NCBI GenBank assembly: GCA_029715105.1
Contig: CP085695.1
Location: forward strand, 600,001 to 632,000
Length of the DNA: 32,000 nucleotides
Source of the DNA: Candidatus Saccharimonadota bacterium
Lineage (GTDB): Bacteria > Pseudomonadota > Alphaproteobacteria > Rickettsiales > Anaplasmataceae
Direction of reading: 5' to 3'
The notes under the pieces are model-generated. The model was not told the DNA's origin. It searched no databases and saw only the letters and a program-made list of their open reading frames with translations. The translations under genes and the position numbers were made by a program. Numbering within the stretch: position 1 is the stretch's first letter; every line of letters begins with the position of its first letter. Below are positions 31,056 to 32,000 of the stretch, piece after piece.

Positions 31056-31426
31056 ATGAATCTCGAAATTCAGTGTATCATTGGTGGATTCAACGTACCT
31101 CTGCCGTTATTTTATTACTTTTATTTCCTTGGTTTGCTTATTTATTTTCTCATAGTATTTATGCTGATAAACAATTGTCTTTTAATAGCAAGTTATTCTA
31201 CGCTATTAATCACCCTTTAGAACTTTTATTTTTTATTATATTATTGTTCCATGTTTTTCAGCATGCAGTTCTCGGAATGCAAACGATATGTGAAGACTAT
31301 ATACACAATATTCCTATAAGAATTTTTACGATTACATGTATAAGATATTTATCAAATATCACTTATATAACTCTCACTTTTACAATTCTTTTCTCTTACA
31401 AGCACCTTTTTTTTATAAAAACATAA
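31052..31426 (+). CDS. sdhD: Succinate dehydrogenase hydrophobic membrane anchor subunit
   Basis: 124 aa. HWWIQRTSAVILLLL and a later H..LGMQ..ICEDY motif, three TM segments, directly coupled to sdhC (ATGA overlap). Confidence 0.88.
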   Translation: MNESRNSVYHWWIQRTSAVILLLLFPWFAYLFSHSIYADKQLSFNSKLFYAINHPLELLFFIILLFHVFQHAVLGMQTICEDYIHNIPIRIFTITCIRYLSNITYITLTFTILFSYKHLFFIKT

Positions 31427-31495
31427 ATTTTTGTATCAACACTCATTAATTAATAATATGGTACTATTTTATAAAAATCACTTTTTCAATATAAC

Positions 31496-32000
31496 ATGTC
31501 GCTATATCTTATAATAAAAAAATTATTCAATTTTCCTAAATCCCAAGTTTATATTAATGGATTCAGAAAAGCAATGATATACGATGGAAGAAAGTGTCAA
31601 TATCCAAAAAATTATGACCAACTTATAAAGTTAGGAAAAATTGAAAAAATTAAAAAATATAATAAAAAGCCAAAATACTATCTTAAATACAAAGGATATA
31701 AATTTGATTTAACTCTAATTAAAAAAATCGATAATAACCTTTATTTTACTATTAGCTTTCTAGTTAATAAAAATAGATATAAAATTAATGATTATCGTAA
31801 ATTTTACGAACCATTTCTTTTTAAAAAAGAAGACTTAAAAAAATATATTCCAATATTAGAAGTTAAAGAAATATTTAATTCCAAATATCCATCATTTAAA
31901 TTAACAGATTCCCACGTTCCAATAAAAAAAAATAAAGAAAAAAAAATCTATAAAATAACCGGTCAAAAAGAAAAAAACGGAAAACTATTATATAATAGCT
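31496..32000 (+). CDS. Hypothetical very basic (K/Y/N-rich) protein, 5' partial view; ORF continues past the window end
   Basis: Hand translation from ATG 31496 gives 168 codons with no stop up to the window edge (MSLYLIIKKLFNFPKSQVYINGFRKAMIYDGRKCQYPKNYDQLIKLGK...). An in-frame TAA lies at 31472-31474. It is absent from the supplied track because it has no stop in the window. An open frame this long is unlikely by chance in DNA this AT-rich. I recognise no family. Confidence 0.55.
   Translation, partial: MSLYLIIKKLFNFPKSQVYINGFRKAMIYDGRKCQYPKNYDQLIKLGKIEKIKKYNKKPKYYLKYKGYKFDLTLIKKIDNNLYFTISFLVNKNRYKINDYRKFYEPFLFKKEDLKKYIPILEVKEIFNSKYPSFKLTDSHVPIKKNKEKKIYKITGQKEKNGKLLYNS

Overview
The window is very AT-rich, roughly three quarters A+T by eye. 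It comes from a reduced alphaproteobacterial endosymbiont of the family Anaplasmataceae. From memory, the 16S rRNA gene (29053-30557) carries long stretches typical of the Wolbachia clade, with extra AT-directed changes. This placement needs a database search.

Gene content is ordinary core housekeeping:
- yajC, rsmH, ispH, murG, and a BON-domain lipoprotein
- tig-clpP-clpX-lon
- pyrC and lepB
- iscU-iscA-hscB-hscA
- ftsY, qor, pth-rplY, and a Dus/NifR3 tRNA-dihydrouridine synthase
- an orphan 16S rRNA gene followed directly by sdhC-sdhD
- three tRNAs: Leu-TAG, His-GTG, Pro-TGG

I saw no transposase, prophage, CRISPR array, toxin-antitoxin pair or multi-gene accessory island. I cannot honestly point to a new multi-gene system here.

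What is unusual is the architecture:
1. By my hand tally only about 69% of the window is genic. Tightly packed, even overlapping, operons alternate with ORF-free deserts of 0.75-1.6 kb.
2. murG is split exactly inside an A10 homopolymer, and A9-A10 tracts sit in frame inside several intact genes.
3. Non-coding DNA is G-depleted (C>G) on the + strand, whatever the orientation of the flanking genes.
4. A TGTGAT/ATCACA half-site forms two perfect inverted dimers in G-poor upstream regions.
5. Two unassignable ORFs are present. One is a 115-aa acidic orphan with a good Shine-Dalgarno (SD) ribosome-binding site, isolated inside a 2.5-kb gap. The other is a very basic ORF, missing from the supplied track, that runs off the right edge.
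6. A canonical G-quadruplex / C-rich motif sits immediately after lon.

All functional calls come from motif recognition in the translated ORFs. No searches were run.
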